From contig NC_058132.1 of NCBI RefSeq assembly GCF_016433145.1, forward strand, positions 119,126,626 through 119,190,625: a stretch of DNA of 64,000 nucleotides, in the 5' to 3' direction. Made by a program: the position numbers and the translations under genes. Position 1 is the stretch's first letter. Every line of letters begins with the position of its first letter. Shown here in pieces: positions 13,400 to 25,970 of the stretch. The stretch comes from Gracilinanus agilis (lineage: Eukaryota). The notes under the pieces are model-generated. The model saw only the letters and a list, made by a program, of their open reading frames with translations. It made no database searches and was not told the DNA's origin.

Positions 13400-13515
13400 G
13401 AATATGATATTCAAAAGAAAAAGGAATTATGGGGAATCTGTATATTCACTGCAGCCATAGACCTGGATGAGATGCCATTCACCTTTACTGAGCTTCAGAA
13501 AAACATAGATATAAG
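13400..13515 (+). CDS. RB1: RB1 exon 3 (116 nt), [39 protein letters not shown]
   Basis: Boundaries ccatag|GAATAT...ATAAG|gtacat. Translation matches recalled human RB1 89-127 ([25 protein letters not shown]). Length equals human exon 3. Confidence 0.97.
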
Positions 13516-13652
13516 GTACATTTTGTAATGTCAGTAGAAATATTTGTCAAAGTAAACTGCAACATATAACTCACATTTTCACTGCATAAGTAAGAAATCA
13601 TAAAATGGTACCAAACTGGGTAATAGTCTTTTACAAAGAAAATTCAACTTTA

Positions 13653-13869
13653 GGGGGCAGCTGGGTGGCTCAATAGATAGAGAGCTAGGCCTAGAAACAG
13701 AAGGTCCTGTGTTAATATGTGGCCAAGACACTTCCCAGCTGTGTGACCTTGGGCAAATGATTTGACCCCCATGCCTAGCTCTTACCACTCTTCTGCCTTG
13801 GAACCAGTACACAGTATTGATTCTAAGATGGAAGGTAAAGGTTTAAAAAAATAAAATTAAAAGAAAAAA
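13653..13869 (+). mobile_element. SINE1_Mdo-type SINE in intron 3
   Basis: Full length; TSD aaaattcaacttt at 13639-13651 and 13870-13882. Confidence 0.9.
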
Positions 13870-14049
13870 AAAATTCAACTTTGAAGAAAACACATGTTCA
13901 GACATACTTTTGGGTTAATCTAATTATTCAGTTTATATCAGATTGATGATATAGCTTTGTCCTTGTTTTAGTTAAATAAAACAGTTACAAATTCTAGAAT
14001 TTGAGTTAAGATTTTTGTTGTATTATTACTTTCTAGTACTTTAAGTATC

Positions 14050-14300
14050 AGTGAGTTTACTGTTATGAGCATTTCCCTTACTGATATAAAATACAATCCT
14101 TATATCTATTAGCAGTCTTCATGATTTACTATGGCCAAAATAATTGATCACCTGTGGCCAACTTTCTGTTAGTGATCTTCTTTGTTTAATCTGGAAGTCC
14201 TCAGATGACAGATGTACACCGTCTATTGCTGGGCCCATTTCAATACTTTTAACTTGAGGATCTGCCAAATATGGACTTAAATGGCACAGTCTTTGAAAAC
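14050..14300 (-). mobile_element. Possible ancient RTE-type LINE C-terminal remnant
   Basis: A minus-strand frame reads IKQRRS...NYFGHS, resembling the RTE IK.R...YFGH motif. Heavily degraded. Confidence 0.3.
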
Positions 14301-14519
14301 ATATTTACATGCTTTGAGGTATCAGTAGGATTTTCATAGAACTTATAATGTGGGAAAATGGCTTCAATATATTTGTCTAATTTATTAAATTAAATATAAT
14401 CTACCAAATATTTTATAAATCATTGTTTTAGTTTTGTTAATTAAAATAACCAGTTATAATTGTTTCCTGACATAGCTTCACAACTAATAGAAACATATAA
14501 TAGTTTGTGTATTCCAAGA

Positions 14520-14730
14520 GAATCCCTGTGGTCTAGTGAATAGAAAGCTGGACCTGGAGCTTGGAAGACCTGGGTAAATGTCCAATCGCTGACACAGACT
14601 GACCATGTGTCCTGAGCAAAGCCCTTACTCTCTCAGAGATCGAGGCATCTCTAAGGATAGATGTGTATTTGGAGAGGGTTTCTTGACTGGAGCATTACAT
14701 TTTCTGGTGAAATCACAGATCTAGCTCCTC
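14520..14730 (+). mobile_element. Ther1/MIR3-type marsupial CORE SINE
   Basis: gaatagaaagctggacctggagc...ctctctcag...aggcatctctaag...ggtgaaatcacagatc. Confidence 0.65.
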
Positions 14731-15174
14731 TATCATGTAAAAATGAAATGTGCATGTGAATTATAAAAAATAATGTATTACGGTTATAGCAGATAACAAG
14801 AAATCAATTGGTGTAAAGCAAGGAAAAAGTACTAAAATGAGCCCTAAGTAGTAACCTAAAAAAAATAGATCTATTTTGTCAAACAATGAAATTAGGAGAA
14901 TTTGATTTTGACTGGTTTACAAACCTTTTCTATTATATCCAGGTAATATTTTAATTAGTGAAACTATTTAGAACTTGAATTTTTTATTTCTTATAATGAC
15001 CTATCTTATTGATAACTATATTTCCTCTCCCTGTCAAATTGGTGAAGAAAGCTATCTTATGATTTTTCTTCAAGGTCTAATTGATAATTACCACAAGGAA
15101 TATAACTGATTCATTTAGTAAAATTGTAGCACGCATTGTTTCTAGCTTATTTTTTCTAATCCTTTTCCTTGTAG

Positions 15175-15294
15175 TGTACACAAATTTTATCATTTGCTAA
15201 GAGAAATTGATACCAGTACTAAAGTTGACAGTGCTGTTTCCAGACTAATGAAGAAATATGATGTTTTATTTGCACTCTACGACAAACTGGAAAG
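15175..15294 (+). CDS. RB1: RB1 exon 4 (120 nt), [40 protein letters not shown]
   Basis: ttgtag|TGTACAC...GGAAAG|gtaaaa. In frame with exon 3; EIDTSTKVD and KKYDVLFAL motifs of RbN. Confidence 0.97.
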
Positions 15295-16622
15295 GTAAAA
15301 TGAAATTTTTTTTTTTAAGAAATAAATCTGATCTGAATTTATTGGCCTCATGTTCATTTTGTCCAACTACTGTGGAACTTTCTACTTTCTTGTGATCAAA
15401 AGGGTTTCAACTTATATATCCTACTTTAATCATCCTCGTTTCCTTTCCCCTATCAGCTTCCCTAAGAAAATTTTATAAATTCTCCTGGGGACTATTAAGA
15501 AATATTCATTTAAGGGAGTATTAAGAAAAAATACTTTGTGTACTGGAACAGTATTTCTCCATCTCTATAACTTTACAGTCTTTAACACCTCGTTTCTAAA
15601 ACCAAATAGGCCACCATTTTCCCAAAAGGTATATAAGATTGTGGGAAAGAAAAGAAAGATAAAGGAGGGAGACAAAAAAGAATCCTATAGAGAATAACAA
15701 GAAAATAGAAAAAACAAGATTTTAATATGGGAAGAGCAATAAATATTGCTTAATAGTATATGTATTGTAGCTAACTCGTGATAGGAGAGTAGTAGTACAG
15801 GTAAGCTAAAAGTAACTTACATTTAGATTTGGCATGTATGATATTGCATTTCCCTACCCCTAATAGCTCAACCTTTTTACATACAAATTCATAGATACAT
15901 ATATGTGTGTGTATACACATACATATTTCAATAAATAATTTTAAAATTACTTTGGATTTTCTGAGCACATTTCAAAGAATAGTTTAAAGAAGTAGACCAG
16001 AAATGTGCCATCTGGCATAATGATGCTGTTTGGGATGCAGAATCTTTAGTAAATAATCCATATATACAATTGAGAGCAATTGAGAATTAATGCCTTGGGG
16101 TAGGTTGGTTTAGTAAAAGTGTTTACTTTTCTGCAAGACTGAATTATTCTGCCTCATTTAACTTAGCATTTTCTGCAAAGCTACTGAGAGTATTAACCAT
16201 TATGTAAACACTGTTTATTTCAAAGCTGTGTCTAATGGAATCATGCAAATGATCATGGTACAATGATAGTATTATTGTATACTAAAATTATGGAAAGTAA
16301 TGTACATTTAGCTTTCTTTAAATTTTTAAAGTATCTTGGTATGTATTATTACTATCATTATTTTAGTCTGAGTATATGATTTCATTGGTGTGGAGAACTC
16401 CTGCTTTGGGAAAAATTCTTGTCTCTAAACCATAATTTCACTTTTCTCAGTGTGAAATTTCTGAAATTGGAAAAAAAGTTTTGTAACTTTTATCTTCCTA
16501 AAAATGCATTTTCTTTTTTAAAAATCCAAAGCATTTTCTTAATAAAATAAAAAAACTCCCGGACTAAGCAATTTTCAGTTTTAAGAAATTCTTAGCCTAA
16601 ATGATATATTCTTCCCTTTCAG

Positions 16623-16661
16623 GACATGTGGACTTATATATATGGCTCAACCTAGTAGTCC
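16623..16661 (+). CDS. RB1: RB1 exon 5 (39 nt), TCGLIYMAQPSS
   Basis: tttcag|GACATG...AGTCC|gtaagt. 39 nt as in human exon 5 (TCELIYLTQPSS). Confidence 0.95.
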
Positions 16662-17679
16662 GTAAGTGATTCAGAATGCTATTTTGATTTTTCTTTTTTC
16701 TTGTACTAATCAAGTATATATTGATCCTAATTGTCTCCTTTGTTTAGAGGGTGGGGCTACACTTAAGAGTTCATGTGTGACAAATATCATTTACCACATC
16801 ACAAAGATTCCGTGGCTATGGGCTCTGATATTAACCTTCCATGTGTTATTTGTATGTTAAGCAGAATGTAGCAAGTGGCTCAGTGTTGTTCATCATTCAT
16901 GAAAACAGCTCAAATCAATTAATCAGTAAATATTTATTGAGTTTTTTCACATATTCAACTAATAAGCAACAACAGCTATTTCATAAAATACCACACACTT
17001 ATCAAGAACAAACTAATTTTGGGGAGGGTGCAGGGGGTGAAGGGGAAAGTAGGAGCATGAATCATGTAACCATGTTAAAAATGAATATTAATAAATGTTT
17101 TAAAAAAAGAACAAATTTAATTAATGACAATTAAATAAGTTGTTAATGCATGTTACCTAATGGGCATCTGTAGTTTTTGACTTGAGGAATGGAAGATGGT
17201 AGAATAACTCACACAAAGTTAGTTTTTACTTATGTAGTTGATTATATTTCTGAGAAATATTCTATAAATTAAAGTAATGTAAGTCAAACCTAATTTTTTC
17301 TTGGAACCAGTGTTCTAATAATAGAGGATCAGATTACTGGCAAATGAGAATGACTTGATGCCTAGGTTTTTATGTAATGGTTACAAAAACTACATTTAAC
17401 AAATCATATTTTGTGTATCAGTGCCATATATTTGAAAATTTTCTAAAGTATATATAAAATATACATCAATTAAGTAGGCATATATGAAATATAAATCAAG
17501 CCAGCATACTAACCAGCCATGTAAAATGTTGTATGATATAATATCAATATATTTACAAAAAGTGCTTATCTTCACAATTTTTGCCTTGTTTTTAAATAAG
17601 AAACTTAAAAGATAAAGCTTCATGTAATCTTTGTAGAGATTTTTGTTTTGACTTGTTCTTTAAGTTTCATTGAAGCCTT

Positions 17680-19190
17680 TTTTTAATAATCACAATCGTT
17701 TCCATGTACCACCTCACACCTAGGAAATTGACAAAAATGGAAAGCATGATTATGTTTTGGGGCATAAACACTTCATCAAAACATAGAAAGGCAGAAATAT
17801 TAAACGCATCATTTACTGATAACAATGAAATAAAAGTAATAATTTTGTAAAGAATGGGTAATTAGAAACTAATATAATCCCAAAGACCTGCAACTAATTG
17901 TAGAAATAATAGAAAATTTCATCAAAGAAAATAACAGTAATGACAGTGTAATAAATTGGATTGAACTAAAGCTTCTCTGAAGGAAATTTCTATTTCTAAA
18001 TTCTTTCATCAGTAAAAGAAAGACCCATTGATGAGTTAGGCATACAAGTAAAAACAAAAACAACAAATTAGAATCTTCAACCAAATAACAAAACAAAAAA
18101 ATTATGAAAAGAAGAAATTAACATAGTCTGAAATTTTTTAAAAAGTTGAATTGATAAATCCAGGAGCTGTTTTTTTCTTTAAAAAACTAAGCAAATAAAC
18201 AGCTAGTCAATTTTTTTAAATAGAGGAAAACCAAATTATATCAGAAATAAAAAGGAAATTTTATAACAATTGAAGAGAAAATTATTTTTATGTAAATGTA
18301 TAAAATAAATTTATAAAATTATTTTGTTCAATTATATCCAAAAAACTGATAATTTAGGAGAAATAGATGACTACTTCAAAAAATTAAAATGTCAAGGTGA
18401 ACAGAAGAAAAAAGTATATTATTTAACATACTATCAGGGGAAAAAATTGAGCAAGTCATAAATGAACTTTCCAAAAAAAAACCAGAACAAAATTCTAGGA
18501 CCAGATGGATTTGCAAGTGAGTTCTAACATTCAAAAAAATAATTCCAATATTACACAAATTATTTACAAAATAAGAAAAGAAGGCATCTTTTCAGTCTCA
18601 TTCTATAATGCAAATATGGTATTAATAATTAAATCAACCATATACTCCTAGTTGGCCTGTGCCTTAAAGAGATAAGGAAAAGAAGAAAAGGTCCTATATA
18701 AATAAATGTTAATGGCTTCTCTTTCATAGACTAAAATCTGGAAATTAACAAGGTGTCCTCCTATTTGACGAATGATTAAACAAATTGTTGTAAATGTATA
18801 ATAAATAATATGTGCCATAAGAAATGGTGAAATGAACAATTTGATCGGAAACTTAGGGAGACCTTTATGATCTAATACAGAGTGAAATGAACAGAAATAG
18901 AACATCATTTACATAATGACAACATTATAAAGAAAAACAACTTTGATTTTAAATTCTGATCAATGCTGGTCTTTAGTTCAGAGGCCTGAAGATGAATCAT
19001 GTCATCCACCTCCTGACAAAGAGTTGATGGGCTTAAATTTCAGAATGATACGTACATTTTTGGATATGCTCAATGTTAAAATTTGTTTTGCTGAACTACA
19101 CAAGTTTATAATAAGGATTTTTTAAAAACTGTCACTTTGGAGAGAGGGGAATAGGAGAGAGAACTTTTTTTAAAATGCTAAAACAATAAA
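17680..19190 (+). mobile_element. Fragmented L1 ORF2 and 3' end
   Basis: ggaccagatggatttgcaagtgagttc (GPDGF motif), gataatttaggagaaatagatg, aacaaggtgtcctcctatttgacgaatgattaaacaaattg. Confidence 0.75.
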
Positions 19191-19954
19191 ATACCCATTA
19201 ATTTGTACCTTATTTTGTGATCCTAAATTTTAAAGGTGAAGCTTCATTAGAATCATACTATTAGGGGAGATTTTTGTTTTGGCTTATTTTTTTAAGGTCT
19301 GTTGATGCCTCTGTTTTTTTATGCCATAGTCATTTCCTTTTGCCACCTCACACTCTACAAAATTGGCAGATGACAAAAGATCAGAACAGGCTTTGGAGAG
19401 TCAGGCCACTTTTCTTAATTGAGCTTTGAATTTTCTTCATTTTCTCCTCTGATGCCCTACCCTATTTCAGATTTCTTTTGTGTATTATCTTCCCTCCTTA
19501 GATTATAAACTTCTTGAAGGGCAGAGACAGCATTTTTTAAAATTTTTATTCCCAGTGCTTAGCACAATACTTGGCACATAGTAGATCCTTAGTATATGTT
19601 TATTGAATTTAATTGAATTGGGTTTAGCTATTCTAGATATCAATTCGAAATTAGTCAGTAAAGTAACCTTTAATCACAGTGTCCATAGACTTTAACCCAG
19701 TGATCCCACTATTGGGTATATATACATACCTATATACAAATATATATTTTCATATATCAAGGAAGTCAGACAATGTGTATATTCATTAATTGGAGAATAA
19801 TTGACAAAACAGGAAAAGAATATTGCAGAGAATTATTGCACAATAAAAATGATACATGAGGATTTCAGAGAAACATGGAAAGATATGTATGAATTCATAA
19901 AGAATGAAATTAGCAGAACAGTAAAGAACAAGACATACTGATAAGCTTTAATTA

Positions 19955-20470
19955 TTTATTTATTAGGTATTAGGTACTTTGTTATGTGCTAGGGATACAA
20001 AAAAACAAAAACAAAACAAAACAAAAAAAACCAAAACATTAGGAAACCAGAGAATTGAAGAATCAGGTGAAGAGGGAGTGTAGTCCAAGCTTGGGGGAAA
20101 ACCATCAAGAAGTTATGGAATCAGGAGATATGTCATGTCATATCATGTGTGTGAAGAACAGAAAGAAGGCCAGTATGATTGAATCATAGAGTACTTGAAT
20201 TTAAGATAAGTTTAAGAAGATTGGAAAGTCAGGAATGGGCCAGGTTGTGAAGAACTTTAACTGCCAAACAGATGATCTTCTTATTTTATCCTTGAGGGAA
20301 TAAAGAATCACTATTTATAGATTAAAAGAATTGAATGATCAAAACTGCTTTATAAAGAAAGATCACTGGCAACTGAGTTAAGAGTATAGAGAAACAAGGT
20401 GGGGAAGCCAACTAGAAGACTATTGTAGTTGTCAAAGTATGATGTATCAAGGTGGGGAAGGTTGAGGAGA
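19955..20470 (-). mobile_element. L2 fragment
   Basis: tttatttattaggtattaggtactttgttatgtgctagggatac terminus and purine-rich body. Confidence 0.6.
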
Positions 20471-20606
20471 GATGAAAAGGTTTAGTACTGACATTATTTT
20501 AAATGGAAGAATGAATCACTTAAGGAGGTATTAAGGAGTCGTCTTGCTGCAATCTGGGCTTAGTTGAGATTATGTTACACAATTTTGTAGTGAACTAGTT
20601 AGCATA

Positions 20607-20674
20607 ACTCATAAACTACTGAAGAAAATCATGAACTAGCATAGTTTCATGATTTTCTTCAGTAGTTTATGAGT
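20607..20674. repeat. Perfect inverted repeat, 29-bp arms, 10-nt spacer
   Basis: ACTCATAAACTACTGAAGAAAATCATGAA (20607-20635) is the exact reverse complement of 20646-20674; spacer CTAGCATAGT. Confidence 0.98.
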
Positions 20675-21460
20675 GAGAATTAAAACAGTACATGGTGGGA
20701 ATAAGCAAAGTTTGGGGATCAGCAAGTCAAGATGGGCAATACTATTAGAAGGTAAGCACTTAATTGTAGAGGATAGTGTAGCATTGAAATGGTTCACCAA
20801 GGGTGCTGGTAGTAAGAGGAGGAAAGTTTAGCTAAAATATAAGTGATACCTTGGGGTTTGGGGTGGGGGACGAAAACCAAAACGAAACAAAATGAAAAAC
20901 AACTAAATGGTGGAGGGATTGGAGGTAATAGTGATGAACAGGGTTAGGATAAGTAAGCTGAGCTTTGAGTAATTGGAAAACTTAAAGTTCCAGAGAAAAG
21001 ATAATTAAATATATCCCTCTCTTTCAGACCTGGAGGCAGAGGATTATTTACTGGTTCCTATTGTAGACTTTGTTAGATGTTTGTACTTAAATTTTCTTAT
21101 CATAAGACTGTTTGATCTGGGATAGGGAGAAGGTTTTTCCTTATAGAAATGACTGATGACAAAAGGCTTCAATAAAACTTCTTTTTTAAAAAAATTACAT
21201 AAAACCAAGACAATATTTGAACATTGGATCCTCTTCCCTCCCTCTCCCTTGTGTAATTTTCTGCTAAGACTGAACTTTTACCATAATACATGACTTCAGT
21301 TATCACAGAATAAATACATATTTGCCACCAAGGACAATAAATGGTTTTAAAAATTAATATGCCCTAATGCATGCTTCCTGTCCCTAGATTTGGCTTTATA
21401 TTATCATTAATGCCTTTTATCATAAATTTTTATTTTTTTTTCCTGTGGTCTATTTACTAG

Positions 21461-21528
21461 GATATCTTCTGAAATAAATTCTATGTTGGTGCTAAAAGTT
21501 TCTTGGATCTTGTTTTTGTTGGCTAAAG
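21461..21528 (+). CDS. RB1: RB1 exon 6 (68 nt), ISSEINSMLVLKVSWILFLLAK
   Basis: tactag|GATATC...GCTAAAG|gtaaat. LVLKVSWI-FLLAK motif; length 68. Confidence 0.97.
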
Positions 21529-21599
21529 GTAAATTTATTATATTTATTGAATGAGTTCTATAAATGTGAGCTATTATTGTTTATCAAATTATTATATCT

Positions 21600-23420
21600 C
21601 ATGGATCTCCTATGCCATCTAGCTAAACCTCTACCTGAACAAGAATACATTCCAAAACATTCTCAACAAAGGTGGTCAGCATTTGCTTAAGACCTTAATA
21701 AAAAAATGTATACTTTCCAAGATATAGTTCATTCTATTTAGAGATAGCTTCAATCATTAAGAAATTTTTTCTTTATGGCAAGCCCAAATCAACTTCGCTG
21801 CAATTCCATCCTCTTTCTCAGTCAATTTCTGTCTATAATACTTGAAGATAGCTTCATATCACCTTTAAGTCTTCTCTTCTCTAGATTAAACATCCCTGGT
21901 TCCTTCAACCTCCTCACCACTTAATTGCCTTTTTTATGGACATGCTTCAGCTTGTCAACATCCTCCCTAAAGTGTGGTGGCTCAGGACTAAACCCTATGC
22001 TACACCTTCCTCTTTCTTGGACTTTTTTTCTTCTCTTAATTCATCTTAGATTGCACTAATGTTTTTTGGCTGTCGTATTATATTTTTGACTCACATTATA
22101 ACTCATAGTCCACTAAAACCCCTAAAACTCTTTTAGATGAACTATTATCCAGCCACACACCTCTCCTATCTCATTCTTCTGGAGTTGTCTTTTTGAAATC
22201 AACTGTAGAACTTAAATTTATCTCTTTTAAACTTAATTATATTATGTCATTTATCCCATTCTTTGCTGTGGCCATTTAAATCTTTTTGGACTTTGACATC
22301 CAGTATCTTGACTAATATTCTTAACTTTGTGTCATCTGCAAACTTGATAAGCATGCCATCTATGCATTCATCAAAGTCATTGATAAAATTGTTGAATTGC
22401 AGAGAATTGACAAATGCCGGAGTACTAACCTTGACTCCTCCCTACTTGTTGGGATTTAATTTGGCCAGATACACAGCTAACAGTACTATTATCTGGCCTT
22501 TAACTTTCCACTAACATAACATGCAAGACTGTGTCAGACTTTTTGCTGAAATCTAGGTTCATTGTGTCTATATGATTCTGTTAATCTAACAGTCTAGTAT
22601 CTTTCAAAAGAGGAAATGAGGTTAGTGGGCCATGATCTTTTCTTCCTTGCTGAGCCAGTATGGTGAAGTAAAAAGAACGCTGAATTTGGAGTCAGGATCT
22701 CTGAATTCTAATTCTGGCTCTGCCACTCATTAATTTTGTGACTGGATGCAGCTAAGTCTAGATTCGTGCAAATGATGAATCCTGTGAAATGGTCAAATAT
22801 TTAAAATTGTACCATTCAAAGTTTAAAATATGGTAGTTGATTCTATCCAAGGGGAAATATGCAGTGAAAAATTGAATAATGCAGATACTTCCCAGGGCTC
22901 ACTGTTCATGTCTCCTAAGCATCACTAGCTGTATTTAATTTCCTTTTTCCAGGCCTCTACTTCTTCATTTGTAAAATGAAGGGGCAGAGTTATTTAATCT
23001 CTAAGTTTCCTTCTGGCTTTTAATCCATTATTTTTTGATTCAGTAAATTTTAGTGAATTCTGCTTCCATTTCTAAATACTCAGAACCAAATCTATTAATA
23101 TTATTCTAAATTGCAAGAAATGTTAAACTGACACTTTGTACAGACTACCTTCTCTTCCTTGTGCTTCCCATTTAACTGGGCCAACACTTAAAATTCTCCA
23201 GTCTTGCAGTATCTCTCCCATTCACCATGATCTTAAAAAAAAAAAAAAAGCCTGACAATGGTTCAACAATCTTATCTTCCAGTTCTTTCAGTATGTTGGG
23301 ATAGAGTTCACCTAGGCTGAGTTATGTGAATCTGTGAGGAAGTTAGACATTTATCTTACCTTCTTCCTGCTTATCTTGAATTTCAGTTTCAAGAGAGATC
23401 ATTCTCCTGGGGGAGAGGGG
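21600..23420 (-). mobile_element. CR1/L3 LINE remnants
   Basis: Reverse RT motif KFADDT at 22328-22345; L3-type 3' end (cttctcttctctagattaaacatccctggttccttc). Confidence 0.75.
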
Positions 23421-24034
23421 GAGAATAGAAACAAAATTTTAGTTTAGTCTTGCCTGTTCTTCATCCTTAGGGTTATTATTTCCCTATCCATAGTCCAGTA
23501 ATATCTGTATTAATAGTATGCTCACATGTGGAAACTACACTTTTCTCACTATGTGTTTTATGTTTCTTTGAACAATTTATGTAGATTTACCTAGTTATAA
23601 ATACCCAGGGCACTTTATTGTCTGTGGAACTATAAGAACTTTCCAGAAGTATGATTTTGGACAAGTTGTTTAGCTTCTTTGAGTCTCAGTCTCCAAATCC
23701 CTAAAATATTGCACTCTCTCTTTAATAGAATTATTATATACAAAATGATTTATAAACTTTAAAGAACTATTTAATTGTGAGTTTTTCAACTGTCTTTGAC
23801 TGGTAGTGCATATTAATAGCCAAATTTGGGGTAAATAGCAGTATATAACATATTTCCACACTCCACTCAGATTTTGAAAGCCTGTTTGAAATGTATTTCA
23901 GATGCCCCCTGAAAGAGCGAGTTAGCTGTAAATGTATATGTGTATGGGTGTATACATAGACCTATGTAGATATGTGAAATATATTTAACTTTTTACATAA
24001 TAACATTCATCCAGTGGAGGAGAAAAGAGGGAAA

Positions 24035-24290
24035 AGCATTTATATAATAATGCCTTTTATGTGCCAAGATCTGTGCTAAGTGTTTTACAAATATTATCTC
24101 CTTTTAGTCTTACAATAACTCTGCAAGGTAGGTGCTGTTATTCTTATTTTGCAGTTTAGGAAATGGAGGCAAACAGATATTAAGTGACTTTTCCAAGGTT
24201 ACACTGCTATTAAGTGTATTAAAATGAATTTGAACTTGGGTCTTTTTGATACTAGGCCCAGCTCTCTATCCTCTGCCCCACCTAGCTGCC
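24035..24290 (-). mobile_element. MIR
   Basis: gtgctaagtgttttacaaatattatctc...ttttgcagtttaggaaatggaggc...taagtgacttttccaaggttacac. Confidence 0.75.
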
Positions 24291-24421
24291 TTCCTAGTAA
24301 TGGTTAATGTAATAAGTTATAACTTTCTGATCTTAATCACTAGACAATAAAATGTGAACTTTTACTTCCAGATTGTGAGAAAGTGAGTGTATATGTGTGT
24401 TTGTGTGCATGTAACATATAT

Positions 24422-24468
24422 GTACAGGATATTCCAAAAAGTCTTAGTGCAGTTTTAAGCTTTAATAT
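24422..24468. mobile_element. Single arm of a Tc1/mariner-type MITE
   Basis: tacaggatattccaaaaagtcttagtgcagttttaagc resembles a TA|CAGGGTGTCCCAAAAG-type TIR. A degenerate copy is at about 36740-36770. Confidence 0.35.
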
Positions 24469-24601
24469 AGTTATTATAATATACATTATATATACACTAT
24501 ATATATTATGTATATGTATATATGTGCTTTATACATATACATATTATATACACAATATAATATACAGAGATAATAATCACTGATTAGGGAATTGCTTAAG
24601 G

Positions 24602-24660
24602 CAGTGATGGAAAAACTACAGCCTGGATCTGGCCCGAGGGGAATAGTTTGCCCATCACTG
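24602..24660. mobile_element. 59-bp hAT-type mini-MITE
   Basis: TIRs CAGTGATGGAAAAACTA / TAGTTTGCCCATCACTG match at 15/17. No intact 8-bp TSD. Confidence 0.65.
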
Positions 24661-25193
24661 AAACACTATACTTATGTAGATGTCTATGTATCACTCTATA
24701 CACATATGCATATGTGCATATTTTTATAGATTACTCATTTATATATACATATTTCCCATGGAAATATATATAATAAATACACATACTTCTATCTTTTAAT
24801 GTTATCTTAGAATACAGGCTTTTGGGGTACAGGGGTTATTCATGCTTTTTATGTAAAATAGTTTCTATATTTAAATATATATACTATTGGAGGCTGCATG
24901 ATATAAATAACCTCTGAGTCTGGAATCAGAGGATCTTAATTCAAATCATAATCCTGATACTTGCTACTTACTCTTGTGATCTTGGTCAGGTTTCTGTGAA
25001 TCATTGAAATAGATGGCTTTTGAGATCTTTTCCAGCTCTAAATCTATGATCTTATAAGTAGATACTTGAAATATATTTTATCTGTTTGTGAAATAATAAA
25101 CATTCCTCTGGTAGGGTTAATATACTAAATTTTTTACAATTTACTGATCTTTAATCACTAGACAATTTAAAAAGTGAACTTTTTTACTTCTAG

Positions 25194-25304
25194 GGGAAGT
25201 ATTACAGATGGAAGATGATCTGGTGATTTCATTTCAGTTAATGTTGTGTGTCCTTGACTATTTTATCAAACTCTCACCTCCTGCAGTGCTCAATGAGCCA
25301 TATA
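25194..25304 (+). CDS. RB1: RB1 exon 7 (111 nt), [37 protein letters not shown]
   Basis: ttctag|GGGAAG...CCATATA|gtaagt. Near-identical to human; SP site equivalent to S230 retained. Confidence 0.98.
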
Positions 25305-25581
25305 GTAAGTATTCCCTGGATTTATTCATTATATCTAAGTTCAGTTTACTGAATAGGTAATTTCCTCAATGATGATATTATTTTGTGAAATTTGAAATTC
25401 CAACTTCAGATTTTAAAACTTGATTTTATATTTATATATACAAAACAATGTAAGTGTTAATAATATTAATATATTATAATTAACCTGTTGTAATGGTGTA
25501 TAATGATACATTTATATGAATACTAGCTTATTTGCTTTTTATTAGTGTAGTCTAACTGACTTTTGTTTTTTTCATATTAAA

Positions 25582-25970
25582 ATTTTTTTCTTAGCTTTAT
25601 TTTATTCCAAAAACAAATTTACCCATGATTTCCAAAGTTACATGATTCATATTGCCTCCCTCCCCCTTTCCTCTCCCCTCCCAGAGTGGATAAGCAATTC
25701 CACTGGATTAGACATATATTATCACTCAAAACATATTTCCACATTATTCGTTTTTGTAAGAGAATATTTGTAAGAATATAATCTTATAAAACCAAAACCC
25801 CAAATCATATACCCAAATAAACAAGTAATTAATCATATGTTTTCTTCTGCATTTCTACTCCCACAGTTCTTTCTCTAGATGTGGATGGTATTCTTTTTCA
25901 TAAGTCCCTCAGAATTGACCTAGATCATTGTATTGCTGTTAGTAGCAAAGTCTATCACATTTGATCATGA
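25582..25970 (-). mobile_element. Marsupial L1 3' end
   Basis: catgatttccaaagttacatgattcatattgcctccctcccc is the reverse of the opossum L1 tail. Confidence 0.8.

Noticed and set aside
24701-24716. 16-bp palindrome cacatatgcatatgtg, and the 8-bp stem at 62892-62910
   Set aside because: Short or derived from low-complexity sequence; expected by chance in AT-rich DNA.
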